A stretch of DNA of 57,429 bases. Origin: Thraustochytrium aureum (lineage: Eukaryota). A program made the translations under genes and the position numbers. Below, piece after piece: positions 1 through 12,175 of the stretch. Numbering within the stretch: position 1 is the first letter of the stretch; each line of letters starts with the position of its first letter. The notes beneath the pieces were generated by a model. It made no database searches, was not told the origin of the DNA, and saw nothing but the letters and a program-made list of their open reading frames with translations. The stretch is from assembly GCA_012862495.1 (NCBI GenBank), contig BLSG01000378.1:103866-161294 (forward strand), given 5' to 3'.

Positions 1-185
1 AGCAAGCTAGTTCCTTGGCGAAACGAAAGACGCAGCGTTTTGATTAAGAGCTAGCTAGAGCTCCTTGGCCAAACAAAGGACGCCGCGTATATGAGCAAGC
101 TAGTTCCTTGGCGAAACGAAAGACGCAGCGTTTTAATTAAGAGCTAGCTAGCTCCTTGGCCAAACAAAGGCGAAACGAAAGACGC
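1..185. repeat. ~93-bp tandem direct repeat, about 2 copies plus a partial, possibly truncated by the window edge
   Basis: AGCAAGCTAGTTCCTTGGCGAAACGAAAGACGCAGCGTTTT starts at both 1 and 94. Both units contain AGCTAGCT and CTCCTTGGCCAAACAAAGG. Confidence 0.85.
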
Positions 186-689
186 GGCTCGCGCTAGCCC
201 CGGGCCGTCAGCGACCGGAAAAGATCGTGCGTGCATTCGCCGGCCGGCGGCGGTTTGTTTGCTCGTCAAGATCCTTCGTTTGGGACGCTTGGATACTGGG
301 GCATGCCACAAGCGCCGCTTTCGCGGCCACGCTGTCTGCCTCCCCCGAAAACTACGAATCGCTGCTTGGCTCGTAGATGAAGCAGCCCAGGACGAGCAGT
401 CGCCACGGCGTGCGGCGCCAGCTCACGAGCAGACCCCAAACCAACAACCAAATCCAAGCAAAGGGCGCAAGCGCGAAGACAGCAGGCGGCAGCGGCGGCG
501 ACAGCCAGCGAGCGGGCAAATCAGGAGCAGCGACGGCCTTGGAGGCCTGTCGCTGTGACCTGAAGAGGACGTGCAAGGTCTGCTCGAACTTTTTTGCCAG
601 GCGCGCAAGACCGAGTTTGGAACTCGAGATTGCGCGCACGCCTCGAAGAAGCCGGCCAAGTCTCAACCGCGCGCTCAACCACAGCCGCC

Positions 690-2282
690 ATGGACCACTC
701 CGAGCGAGGAATCCTCGGGCGACCGACCTCGCAACAGCAATCGCAGCAGCGCGAGCAGGGCACGCCGAGCCTGCACCAAGGGCAGCGCTGGTTTGCGTCT
801 TACATGGCGCAGGAGCACTCGCCAGCCTTTATGACGACGGAGTACTTGGCCTCCGCTGAGGCGTGGCCCGAGGTGCCGCTTCCCATGTTGAACGTGGGAG
901 CGGCAGCCTTGGCAGGCCCCCTCTTTCCCGACCCGACGTGGAGCCCGGAACTGTGCAGCCGCACGTTCGAGAGCTACGCGCGCGGCGAGCTGCGGCCGGA
1001 CCGGCTCGCTAGCGGCACGGACGAGATTCGCTGCTACGCCCACTTTGAGAGCGTGGACGCAGGCGTTCCAGCCATCTCGGGCGTCGCGTACAACTCAACC
1101 GTGGCCGTCACGTTCCCACAAAACTTCCATGGGCCAAGCTCGGAGCAGTCCACTGCTTTCAATGCGCAGGATGGTGGTTTTCCCGGCTTGGGTTCTTGCT
1201 GGTCGAGGGCCCCTGGCGGCCCCGTTCGACGGGGCGCGACCTGCTTTAAACTGCCCGTTGCAGNNNNNNNNNNNNNNNNNNNNGTTGCAGCGCCCAGCAC
1301 GCCGGCTCAAGCTGGCGCCAACGACGACAAGCAGCAAAAGCGGGCTGGCCGGAACTGCACAGCGAGGTGTCGGTCGAGCACTGGCCAGCCGAGGCACCGC
1401 CGCTGCCACCTGCCCCCCAAGGGCAGGAAAGTCAGACCGCCGCCGCGGGAGGCCAGCCACAGGACGGCCTGCACGAGGCGGGATCGCCGGACCTTGTCGA
1501 ATCGGGACCGAGCCGCCGGCAGACCCGGTACCCAGCGGTTGGGCCTGCCAGACGCTCCCACGGCGCGGACGCATTCGCCCGCCGCCTGACCGCGCTCGAG
1601 GAGAGGCACAGCCCAGAGTTTGGTCTCGTCCCAGTCTTTGACTTCTTCACGCGGCCTGAGCGCTGGGCCGGCGAGACGCGCAGGGTCTCTTGCAACGACT
1701 TTTAGGATCCCCACAGGCCATGAGCAGAATGAGGTCGGGCTGATGATGGGAGACTTTGGGCGAGTTCAGGGCATTGGGTTTGTCCAGGTCCTTGACCTGG
1801 ATAGCCACGGGGACAAGATCTGGACCATGGAGCTCGCGCGCTGCCGTGCCGCCGGCGAGACGCTCACGCTGGTGCTCAAGGTTGACGGGTCTGAGCAGAT
1901 CGTGGATGTGCTGGACATCGAGCCGTTCCAGCTGACCTGCAACTTCCCCAAGTTTCCTTATGCGCCGGTTGTCCGCGTCGCTACGCAGGAGGACCATGAC
2001 CGGGCGCGCGAGCGGGCTGTACAGGCCCAGGTCGTACTTCAAGAGGCCAGGCGTCTTATGCGCAGCCCGCCGCCCGAGTTTCAGGACCTCGCTCGGGTTG
2101 CCGACTGGCAGGGCTGCTCGATCCACCTCGACGGCGGCAAGTGCATTCTATTCGGGTATTTGCGCGAGCGCAGGGACTGGAACGAGCTCACGCGGCGGCT
2201 TCGGCAGTTCTGCAATCGCCGCTTCCGCATCAAGCCGCGCGTGTGGGTGCAGAGCAAGATCGACCTCGCGCACTTCCACTAG
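690..2282 (+). CDS. PSP1 C-terminal domain protein (PSP1/RicT-like), frameshifted in assembly
   Basis: C-terminal frame reads VVRVATQEDHDRARE...SIHLDGGKCILFGYLRERRDWNELTRRL...PRVWVQ, resembling the PSP1-C pattern (fD.sKl.fy.....rvDFreLvreL...rIwm). ATG at 690. Joined from frames 594..1589, 1367..1705 and 1620..2282. Confidence 0.6.
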
Positions 2283-3302
2283 CTGCAAGCTAGCCGCGCC
2301 AGGCCTTCGCGTGCGCCTGGCCCGCCGCAAGCTCCCCTCCTGCCCGCCCGCGCATCGAGGCGCTCAGAGCAGCCGCGACGCGCGCACACGCCGCACCGTC
2401 AGCGCCGCGCAACTCACTCGGCTAGCTCCTCGACCACCGACACGCCACAGCCTCGTCGCCGGCAGGCCCTTCTCCTTCCAGTTCACCTTACAATTTCTGT
2501 TTCTGTTCACCCTCGTTCACGCTGCGGCCGTCAGTCCTTCATCAGCGCCCGCCCGCTGCTCGCGCTCCGCACCATTGAGCTGCCAGTGACCCACGACACG
2601 CGGCTGTGGGACCTCGGCGACCACCGCGCTCGCAGCGCCCGAGCACCTCCAAGTTGAACTTGCTCGTGCGTGCGTCGGTCGGAGGCCGCGGCGGCACTCG
2701 AGTCGCTGCTGCAGGACCTGCCTGCCGGCCGGCGCGTCCCGAGGACAACTCTCCAACGACGCGGACTCGANNNNNNNNNNNNNNNNNNNNNNNNNNNNNN
2801 NNNNNNNNNNNNNNNNNNNNNNNNNNNNNNNNNNNNNNNNNNNNNNNNNNNNNNNNNNNNNNNNNNNNNNNNNNNNNNNNNNNNNNNNNNNNNNNNNNNN
2901 NNNNNNNNNNNNNNNNNNNNNNNNNNNNNNNNNNNNNNNNNNNNNNNNNNNNNNNNNNNNNNNNNNNNNNNNNNNNNNNNNNNNNNNNNNNNNNNNNNNN
3001 NNNNNNNNNNNNNNNNNNNNNNNNNNNNNNNNNNNNNNNNNNNNNNNNNNNNNNNNNNNNNNNNNNNNNNNNNNNNNNNNNNNNNNNNNNNNNNNNNNNN
3101 NNNNNNNNNNNNNNNNNNNNNNNNNNNNNNNNNNNNNNNNNNNNNNNNNNNNNNNNNNNNNNNNNNNNNNNNNNNNNNNNNNNNNNNNNNNNNNNNNNNN
3201 NNNNNNNNNNNNNNNNNNNNNNNNNNNNNNNNNNNNNNNNATCGGGCGCGCGACGGATCGACCCACCACCTGGCCAGGGCAAGGGTGCGAAGGGCGGCGA
3301 GG

Positions 3303-4783
3303 ATGGGCCTTGTGTCGTCCGTGTCGGCCGCACTGTGCTGCGCGTGCTCGGGGCTGAGCTGCGCCTGCTCGCTGGCTGGGGTGCTGCTGCTCCGTGGCGA
3401 GCACGGCGGCAGGCGGGATTTCCAACACCGCGGCGAAGTACTTCAACTTGCTGCTCTTGGGCCCGGTCACCGCGGTGTGCCTCGTGCTGCGGTTTTACGC
3501 GGACGACTGGAGCTGGAGCGTCGCCGGCTGGGACGTAACGCTGTGCTCTGCCGTGGGCAACGAGACCTCGATCGACCCGACCGGGACGTACGATTACTAT
3601 GCGTATTGCAAGGGCGACGCGGCAGTGTACCGCGCGTCGGCCGCCACGCAGACTTACTTTGCACTCATGATGCTGCTGTGCCTGTGCGGGACAGGGTTCC
3701 ATCGCGGCTTTTGGGCCTGGAAGCTGATCCTCCTCTTCGGCGGCATCGTCGGCTTTATGTTCATCCCGCCCGAATCCTTTGACGTTGATGCGTACATCTG
3801 GACCTCGCGCATCCTCTCTGTTGTGTTCCTGTTGATCCAGCTCTTCCTGGTCCTCGGCTTCGCGTACGACTGGAACGACAAGTGGGTCACAACGCGTATG
3901 CAGAGGGAGGCAACGAGAAGGGCTGGCTGTGCGCGGTGTTGATCTGCTCGCTGCTCCTCTACGTTGTCGCCTTTGTTGGGGTTGGGTTTCTATACGCAGG
4001 GTACGCGAGCTGCTCGGTGGGGTCTGCTGTGATCACCGTCACGCTGCTGAGCATCATCGCGTTTACCGGGCTGACGCTGTTCCGCGACCGCCTCACCGGC
4101 CAGGAGGGCGCCGTGCTTCCAGCGGCTGTGGTCGCCGCGTATGTGACCTACATGGCCTGGTCGGCGCTCGACAGCAACACAGACGCTGCGTGCAAGCCGT
4201 TCCCGGTCGGCGAGTCAGACCAGGTGGGCGAGGGCGGTGGCAGCGTCATCGTGATCAGCATCCTCATTGCGGCGCTGAGCATGATGTGGGTGGCCAACCA
4301 GAGCTCTGGGTCCGCCGTGTCCTTTTTGACTGGCGGCAAGGGCCACACAGAGTCCGGCGCTGGGGCTCAGTCGCAGCCGCCAGAGCTCGTCTACGAGGTG
4401 GGCGAAGGGCGCACGGCAGAGGACATGCGGCGCCAGCAGACGGGTGCGGCGCGGCCCCAGCCAAGCCGGACCCGGAGGGTCTGAGCGATGCCGCGAACGT
4501 GGCCACCTTTTACTTTGTGCTTATCGTCACGACGATGTACATGTCGATGGTGGTGACCAACTGGGGGGCTGCCGAGGAGACGACGCCAGAAGGGGCCGGC
4601 AAAGGGCAGATGTGGGTCAAAATCGCTTCCCAGTGGATGACGATCGCGCTCTTTGTGTGGACGCTGATCGCCCCAGCGGTGCTGAAGGGGCGCGATTTCG
4701 GCCCGACTCCCGCAGCGGTGCGTGGTGGCAGCCGGTCGTCGGGCCCCGCCTCGTACGGAACCTCTGACGTGGCGCGGGTGTAG
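3303..4783 (+). CDS. SERINC: Serine incorporator (SERINC/TMS/TDE) multi-pass membrane protein, three apparent frameshifts
   Basis: Cys-rich N-terminus MGLVSSVSAALCCACS; FLLIQLFLVLGFAYDWNDKW; C-terminal MYMSMVVTNW...MWVKIASQW..IALFVWTLIAP..RDF. Frames shift near 3380, 3888 and 4450. Confidence 0.9.
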
Positions 4784-5020
4784 TGTCGCTGGTTCGGCTG
4801 TTTGCGCAGGCGCGTCTGCGTGGGGTTGGGGCAACTTGGGGCGCGCGCACAAGCGTTCGCGTAAGATTTAGTAGTAGAGACTTGGGTGACGGGCGTCACA
4901 AGAAATAGGATGGATGATTTGGGTTCTCACGCTACTCAGCATTTCAACAATTGCGGGTGCTTGGCGCCGCCGCGCGTTTCCCTCGGCTGTACACGCTGGC
5001 CAGTATTGTATTTGCATCTA

Positions 5021-6285
5021 TCAGGCGCCTTTCAGCAAACGCGCAAAACGAGAGAGCGCCTCGTCCATCTTGTCCGCCGAAGCAGTCGAATAGGAAACGC
5101 GAATGAAGGGGCAGTCCTTGCCCTCGGGGTGAAAATTGAGTCCCGAGACCACGAGCACGCCTTCCTCCTCAATGAGGCGCTGCGCTACTGCTGAGGAGCC
5201 CTCGGTACCGAGAATCTCGATCCAAACAAACATCCCGGCGTCCGGGACTCGCCACGTGCAAAGCCCAGACAGGTGGCGCTCGAGCGCAGCGAGGAAGGCC
5301 TCGCGCTGGGCGCGGTAAAAGGCGATGACGCCCTCGACGTGGCTTTGAAAGCCCCCGAGTGCGCCCCTGCCGCCGAAGCCTCCCAGTGGCGGAACAGCCC
5401 GAGGCAGACGCCTTGGGAAACGCCGCTGGTGTGCAGGGAGGTGGCCTGCATTTTGAGCTCGACCTTGTCGACCACCTCCTTTGGGCCAGTCATGAAGCCG
5501 AGTCGCAGCCCTGACGACAGAATCTTGGAAAAGCTGTCGAACCGCACCACGCGGGCGTCCACGTCCATCGAGTACAAGCTTGGGTACCAGGGCTCGGTGA
5601 ACTGCAAAAAGTAGTATGGGTCGTCCTCGAGCACGAGCAGGTCATGGTCTTGCGCCACCTTGTAGAGCTCGCGCCGGCGCTCGAGGTCGATCGAGATGCC
5701 CATCGGGTTTGACCCGGTGGGGATCGTGTAGATCACCTTTGGCTTGCGGCCGTCGCTCTCCTTCCAGCCGTCGAGCCTCGCGCGGAGGTCGCTCGGCACG
5801 ATGCCGCCCTCATCGGTGGCGACCGGGGCAAGGCGGCAGCCCAACGTGCGAAGAAAGGAGAGGCTTCCCGAGTAGGTGTACTCCTCCAGCAGGAGGGTGT
5901 CTTCTGGTTCCAGCAGCAGCTCGAACGTTTTGGTCAGCGCGTCCTGTGACCCGGTGCTCAGAAGGATGCGCTGCTCGGCCGCCTTGGCGGCCGTCTCGCC
6001 ATGGTAGCAAAGCTGAAGCGCCCTGAGCTCCTCGAGCAGCGCCGGCAGCCCGTCCGTGTTTGAGTATTGCAGCGCCTTGGCTGGCTCGGGCACCTCCACC
6101 TTTGTTCCGTCCGTCAGCGTCAGCGTTATCTCCGTCACTGGGAATGTCGCGCTGTTCGGTAGCCCGCCGCCAAGGGAAATCACCCCGGGCCTCGCCAGGA
6201 GCGGTTGGAGAGCCCTAATCGCGCTCGGCCTCAGCAGCTGGCTCCGCTGGGTGAAATACTTTGCGTATCGTCCAGGCATCGTCAT
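5021..6285 (-). CDS. AADAT: PLP-dependent class I aminotransferase, kynurenine/alpha-aminoadipate aminotransferase type
   Basis: PSAIR..ISLGGGLPN, LQYS.T.G, IYTIPTGSNP.G, LEDDPYYFL and PLP-lysine motif DSFSKILSSGLRLG. C-terminus (GMFVWI..FIRVSYS) is in another frame after a shift near 5340. Confidence 0.88.
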
Positions 6286-6327
6286 CTCCGTCGCGCGGCC
6301 ACGCACAAACGTCCAAGCAAAACGCAC

Positions 6328-6445
6328 CACCACAACAACGACGACGAGGACGACGACGACGACAGTAAACGCTTCGAATTCTGTCCACGGCTCTGCTGCT
6401 GCGGCTGCGGCTGCGGCTGCGGCTGCGGCTGCGGCTGCTGCTGCT
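6328..6445. repeat. Compound microsatellite, (ACG/CAC)n and (GCTGCG)n, upstream of the aminotransferase
   Basis: Directly visible. It produces the spurious poly-A/poly-V extension of ORF 5185..6513. Confidence 0.85.
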
Positions 6446-6594
6446 TTGACAGCGTTGCGGTTTTTTCGTTCGATTGGTGTCTTCCGCTCACTTTGTGCCA
6501 ACGCAATTCTCATCAGCAGTCCAATCGATTATAGATTTACAATCGATCGATTATTCAACCAAAACTCATGGTGAATAAAAAGAAGCAGATTCCG

Positions 6595-6850
6595 AGGAGC
6601 AAAAGAACGATCTTTCACAACTTCGGCTGAGGAGCAAACGAACAATACCAAGAACAAAAGAACGAAAATACCAAGAGCAAAAGAACAAACACCGCCAAGA
6701 ACAAAAGAACGAACACCGCCAAGAGCAAAAGAACGAACACCGCCAAGAACAAAAGACCCGCCAAGAACAAAAGAACGAACATGGCTAAGAACAAAGGAGC
6801 GCGACTCTACCAGAACCTTCCGGTCCTTCCAACGAGCAAAAGAACGATCA
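6595..6850. repeat. Purine-rich ~24-bp minisatellite (AAGAACAAAAGAACGAACACCGCC)
   Basis: Units start at about 6650, 6673, 6697, 6721, 6745 and 6763. The CAAAAGAACG core also occurs near 6600 and 6837. Confidence 0.85.
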
Positions 6851-7686
6851 TTCATTCACACTTCCAGCGAACAAAGGATCAGCTCTATGGACAGCTTGGC
6901 AANNNNNNNNNNNNNNNNNNNNNNNNNNNNNNNNNNNNNNNNNNNNNNNNNNNNNNNNNNNNNNNNNNNNNNNNNNNNNNNNNNNNNNNNNNNNNNNNNN
7001 NNNNNNNNNNNNNNNNNNNNNNNNNNNNNNNNNNNNNNNNNNNNNNNNNNNNNNNNNNNNNNNNNNNNNNNNNNNNNNNNNNNNNNNNNNNNNNNNNNNN
7101 NNNNNNNNNNNNNNNNNNNNNNNNNNNNNNNNNNNNNNNNNNNNNNNNNNNNNNNNNNNNNNNNNNNNNNNNNNNNNNNNNNNNNNNNNNNNNNNNNNNN
7201 NNNNNNNNNNNNNNNNNNNNNNNNNNNNNNNNNNNNNNNNNNNNNNNNNNNNNNNNNNNNNNNNNNNNNNNNNNNNNNNNNNNNNNNNNNNNNNNNNNNN
7301 NNNNNNNNNNNNNNNNNNNNNNNNNNNNNNNNNNNNNNNNNNNNNNNNNNNNNNNNNNNNNNNNNNNNNNNNNNNNNNNNNNNNNNNNNNNNNNNNNNNN
7401 NNNNNNNNNNNNNNNNNNNNNNNNNNNNNNNNNNNNNNNNNNNNNNNNNNNNNNNNNNNNNNNNNNNNNNNNNNNNNNNNNNNNNNNNNNNNNNNNNNNN
7501 NNNNNNNNNNNNNNNNNNNNNNNNNNNNNNNNNNNNNNNNNNNNNNNNNNNNNNNNNNNNNNNNNNNNNNNNNNNNNNNNNNNNNNNNNNNNNNNNNNNN
7601 NNNNNNNNNNNNNNNNNNNNNNNNNNNNNNNNNNNNNNNNNNNNNNNNNNNNNNNNNNNNNNNNNNNNNNNNNNNNNNNNNNNNNN

Positions 7687-8677
7687 NCGGCGCAGGCGGC
7701 GCGGGAGACTTTGCCAACATGTTCGGCAACATGTTCGGCAACATGTTTGGAGGCGGCGGCGGCGGTGCACGAGGCGGCCCGCAACAGCGGCGCGGGCCGG
7801 GCGGAGGAGCCAAGGCGAACGAGCAGCACGTCACCGCAGACCTATTTGCTGGGACCAAGGTGACTGCCCTTCAGGGCGCGGCGGTGAAGAAAAACCTGGG
7901 CAGCGAATTCCGCAAAAATCGTCTCTGGGTGGTCGCCTTCTACAAGGATCGCAACGAAAAGCTCAAGTCAGTGATGAGCAAGCTCGCCGACCACTACGAA
8001 AGGGCGGTGCACGTTGGCGCGGTCGACTGCGAGCTGCCAGAAAACGCAAAGGCCTGCGCGCACTTCGCCAAAGAGGCCAAGGCGAGCCGCGCTACGCCGC
8101 TTCCCTTTGTCAAGATGTTGTGGAGGTCTGAAACAAAATCATTCACGGGCAAGGACATTTCCACGAAAGGCATCGCCAAGGCGGTGGACGCCACCTTGCA
8201 AGCCGAGATCAAGACGATCACCTCAAACGAAGAAGCCGAGACGTTTGCGCGCAGCTGCGTTGCGGCCGAGCAGCGCGGCTGCGTGGTTCTCTTGTCCGAG
8301 TCCAAGCCAACACCGGCACCGCTCTTTGTTCGAGTCGCAGCCGACAATTTTGGCAAGATTCAATTCGCGTACTGGCCGACGTCGAGCCGGGACGAGTCCA
8401 TCAAGGCGCACGACTTTCTCGTCGGCGCGGAGGAGCCCAGCGAGAAGCTCGAGGTTGCACCGCCGCTCCTTTTCTCGTACAAGACGGGCGCCCTTCTAGG
8501 CGCCAAAGAGGTGGACGGCCCCATCCACTTCGCTGTGGAGGCGGCCAAGAATGACGCCAAGGCGCTCAAGCTCTACGCCAACATAATTAACGACGCTTCT
8601 ACATCGACCGGAGCGCTGCGCGTCGCAAGCAGTTTGACGAGACAAAGGCAGAGGGCGGCGAGCGCGACGAGCTGTAG
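7687..8677 (+). CDS. ER-luminal thioredoxin-fold protein, probably DnaJ-thioredoxin type; 5' end in gap
   Basis: G/F-rich segment (FANMFGNMFGNMFGGGGGG) typical of the region after a J domain. Trx-like WVVAFY...VGAVDCE. After a 1-nt shift near 8595 the frame ends ...EGGERDEL-TAG (8675-8677). Confidence 0.7.
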
Positions 8678-8878
8678 GACAAGTCAGCGCTGCTTGTCTT
8701 TCTAGACGCACTCGCGACGGCCACCAGGGCGCGTTCGCGCTGGGCCCGGCGGGAACGAGCTGGCCACGAGGCGACTTGCAAACCAGCTGGGCGTGTGTCG
8801 GCGCTGCTGCGTGACTGGCTCGGCCGTCGGGAGCGACGGTTGAGCATGACGAACAAATCAAATGCACGGTGTTTTTGT

Positions 8879-9447
8879 TTATTCCCGCAGCGCCGCAAAC
8901 ACTTGCACCTTCAAAGCCCTGGCTCGCTCTAGCGGTCGCGCGCGCGCGTCAGAGCCAGCTTGCTGCTCGCAGGTGTGTGCCAGTTAGCGTGCGCCCAGGC
9001 CAGCAGCCACGCGCGTGCCAAGCCAGACTTACCAAACGTCCACAAACCCAGCTTTCGTGACGGCGTCCGTAGTCACAAGCTCGCTGCAGTCGTCGTCGAC
9101 CCCGATCACCCGGATCGCGTCCAGGCAGACCTGGCGCGTCAGCACCCCGCGTGCGTTTCGTCGTACATGTCGAAGAGCGTCTCCAGGTCGCAGTCCGAGA
9201 AGATGCTGCTTTGCGCGCGCTGCTCCTTCTTGGTCTTGATTTCGCGTAGCTTGCTCAGCAAAAACTCGTCGACCTTGTCGGGGCGCTCGAACAGCAGCGC
9301 CGACCCGAGCTCCTGCGCCATCTGCCGTCAGCGAGGCGCCTTCAGCGGCCAAAGTGCGCAACCGCCACTCACCTGAAATAGCCTATCGATCTTGTGCTTG
9401 CTCAGGTACTCTTGCGCCACTTGTCTCGGATCTTGCCGATTCTCCAT
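8879..9447 (-). CDS. EFCAB10-like protein (RIIa/DPY30-type docking domain plus EF-hand), spliced
   Basis: Exon 1 9447-9373 MENRQDPRQVAQEYLSKHKIDRLFQ. Exon 2 from 9312 ELGSALLFERPDKVDEFL..IFSDCDLETLFDMYD, with a frameshift near 9150. Putative exon 3 8918-8879 is less certain. Confidence 0.72.
8919..9032 (-). other. Putative second intron of the EFCAB10-like gene
   Basis: GTAAGT donor at 9032, CTGAC branch near 8950, CCAG acceptor at 8919 giving ...DVWALKVQVFAALRE*. An alternative TAG acceptor at 8929 would give an immediate stop. Confidence 0.5.
9313..9372 (-). other. Spliceosomal intron, 60 bp
   Basis: CAG|GTGAGT donor, CTGAC branch site, GCGCAG| acceptor. Removal joins LFQ to ELGSALL in frame. 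Confidence 0.85.
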
Positions 9448-10976
9448 CGCGTCGCTGCCGCTCGCTGTTTTGCTGCGCACGCCGCCCGCCGTTCAAGCCC
9501 ACGACACCTTCTTCCCCAACGACGCAGACACGGACGAACAAGCCTCGCAGAATATCCCGTTTCGCGAGCCGTGCTCTCTGCGCGTGTGCCAGCCAACGCT
9601 CGCGCGGTCGAGGTCCAATCGAAGCCGCGGTCTGCGCAGGTCGTCGCGGCGTCAACCGCGAATGACACCTGCCTGCGCGTTGTTACCGTTACATTTGCGA
9701 GTCGCAAGGTGGCCCTGCTGTTTTGCCCACTATGACGGACTCGCAACAAAATGGGTAAAGCCACACGGCAAGCACACGTCGTTGGTCCGGTCTGGGGCCT
9801 ATTCAGTGCGCGGCCACCATCGCGGGCAGGGACGGACGCCCGCTTCGGCCTCTCGCCTTGTCAGGCTTGTTTCCTTGTTTTCACTTCGGGGAGTTCGTGA
9901 ATGTGAGCTCGCCCCCATGTACTGAACTGACTGCGGACTGCATCCATGCATGAGGGTTTGCTTGGTCGTTGACGGCCGATTGATCGCTGCTTCGGACTTG
10001 ACCTTTTACAATGCGTAAATGCCAAGACAGGACATCGATCTCGGCGCGACCCAACCACGCCGCCGAACGCGCTGGAGCGCAAGCCAAAGCACATAAAGCC
10101 AAAGCACATAAATGACGTTGCACAAGGCGAGTGATGCCGGTGGCAACGGTCGCCTTCTGATCGAAGGTGCTGGCCCGAGCGCCTTCATCAGGGTTGCAAA
10201 CGGAGGCGGCCCGGCGCGCCCGAGCCGCTCTTGACGGCGTTCCAAGCCGGTTGATTTCACGGCGTCCTTTGGCTGACGGTGCAAAGCCTACTCGCAACCA
10301 ACCATCCGGATGCGCGCGCTTGCACAAGCGCTTGCAGCTGCGTGACGTCGACCGGGCGGACGCGGGCGGTACGATCGACTCCAGCAGCAGCTTGGTCAAC
10401 TGGGCTGAACAGCTCCCTTCCGCTATTCGCCACTTTGCTCCCCGCACTGCCATGCGCAGCCTTCACGCGCTAGAGGGGCACTGCGTGGGGGACCAGCCAG
10501 CAAAGGCGGCCGCCCGAAGTCGGCGCCTTCAGCACTGCAGCGAGCCGTGCCTGCCCGACCACGTTCAAATGCGGCCCGATGCGCCAACATTAGCGCACGG
10601 CACCCCCTGTGGCGCCCTCATCGACCACCACCACGAGCGCGTTGCTCCATCCAAGGCTAGGTAGGCATCGAAGCCCCTGAGCTCTCCTCGACATGCATGA
10701 ACACGACCATATCGGAGGCGTCCCCGCCCACCCTCGAGGAGACCAGCCGTCCCGACGAAGGCCAACTCGGCGCTGCGCGGCAGCAAAGGAAGGCCGGTGC
10801 TCCACGCATCGAGCCCGGCTGGCCCGAGCCTTGCTGGCCCGAGCCAAGGCGTGCTGTGCCCGACCGCGAGCTGGTTGGTGTTTCAGGGCATCCATTGACG
10901 CGAGCAGGAGCTCCAAAGCGTCAATGCCAACTCCAGGTCGCGGACGTTGGGCAGCTCGAGCGGCACGAGTGCGAGA

Positions 10977-11805
10977 ATGACCGGCTGGGCGACCGGCTTG
11001 GCCCTCCTGAGCGCGTCCTGGTCTTCGTGGCGCATTGTGGAGGAGCTGGCGCGTCTCGACCCCCCGGGATGGCGCCGGAATGACCGTCGTGGACGCCAGC
11101 GACGACGAGGGCGACCTGGCTGAGCTGGACGTCTGGGTCGCCGGCGAAGAGGACTCGGACGATGGCGGGCCGGCGCGCGAGCGCAAGGTGATGGCGGTCG
11201 AGGAGGAGGAGGAGGAGGAGGCGACGGTGGTCATGATTGGCGCTGGCAACGCAGCGACGGTTGGTGTTGAACTTCTCAGGCGTGAGACCTCGACGGAGGT
11301 GCGCCGGCTGGGCTCTTGGCCGGCTGCCTCTGAGCGGCGAAGGGAGCGCGTGGCGGCGAAAGCGAGAGGCGCGCTGCGCATGTGGACTGTGCTGGCCGCG
11401 CTGCGCGTCTTCGAAGACGTTGCAGAGTTTGCCGTCGCCTGGCTGCCTGGGTACGGCACGTTCAAGTTTATCATATTGAGCTACTTCTCCGTGATGCAGG
11501 CGCCCGGGTTCGTGCTGGCTGTCTACCGCTCCTGGCTAGTCCCGCCACTGAGCTGGGCTGACGCAACCGTCACCAAGCTGCAGCGGCGCTTCCTCAACCT
11601 TACCCTTGCCGCGCTCGCTCACGTGCAGGAGCAGAGCTGGTCCGGGCAGCTCTCCGCGATGCGTAGAGACGACCTCGACGCTTGGCGGTCGCATATCGTT
11701 GGCCTTCTCTCGCGCGTGGACCGCGAGGAGGCGCTCATGCAACAGCAGCGCAAGCGACAAGTTTACCCTAGCATGAGCCGAGACAGCCAGCACCAAACCG
11801 ATTGA
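10977..11805 (+). CDS. TB2/DP1/HVA22 (REEP) family ER-shaping protein with an acidic insertion
   Basis: ALRMWTVLAALRVFEDVAEFAVAWLPGYGTFKFIILSYF...AVYRSWLVP matches the family core. A hydrophobic N-terminus (MTGWATGLALLSASWSSWRIV) from ATG 10977 needs a shift at the C run near 11060. Confidence 0.7.
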
Positions 11806-12175
11806 ATCCTATGTACCCAGTGTACCTGCATCTTGCGCGGCGAGATCCATCGAACGTCGCGGGCGGCCAAGGCTCCCAGCGCCGTTGTCGCCGTGGTGGG
11901 CGTTGTGACGCAGTCTCTGGCCCCCCTTGATGATGACCATCACACCAACGGATAGGTTGCCCCAGGCAGCACCAATTGCAGGCTCGAGCTCTCGCCCCAT
12001 AGAGCTGCAGCGCCGCGCAAGCGCGCACAAAGGAAGGCGCGACTGGAGAAGGGCGCGCAGTCGCTATTCAATTCGGCCTCGCGGGACGGCGGCCTCTGTG
12101 CTGGCCGACATTCTTCGGCCCCAGCTCTGCGCCGGTTTGGTGCCTAGGCGCACGGCGCGTTCACGAGGGCGCGCC

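Noticed and set aside
1..6850. Repeats at 1-185 and 6595-6850 as CRISPR arrays
   Set aside because: Units are contiguous without unique spacers, there are no cas genes, and the context is eukaryotic.
6781..7863. Long ORFs spanning N runs, here and at other gaps
   Set aside because: Their length comes from X residues and gives no coding evidence.
9450..10970. Short ORFs and a 15-bp duplication (10081-10110) between EFCAB10-like and REEP
   Set aside because: No motifs or coding pattern; treated as intergenic.
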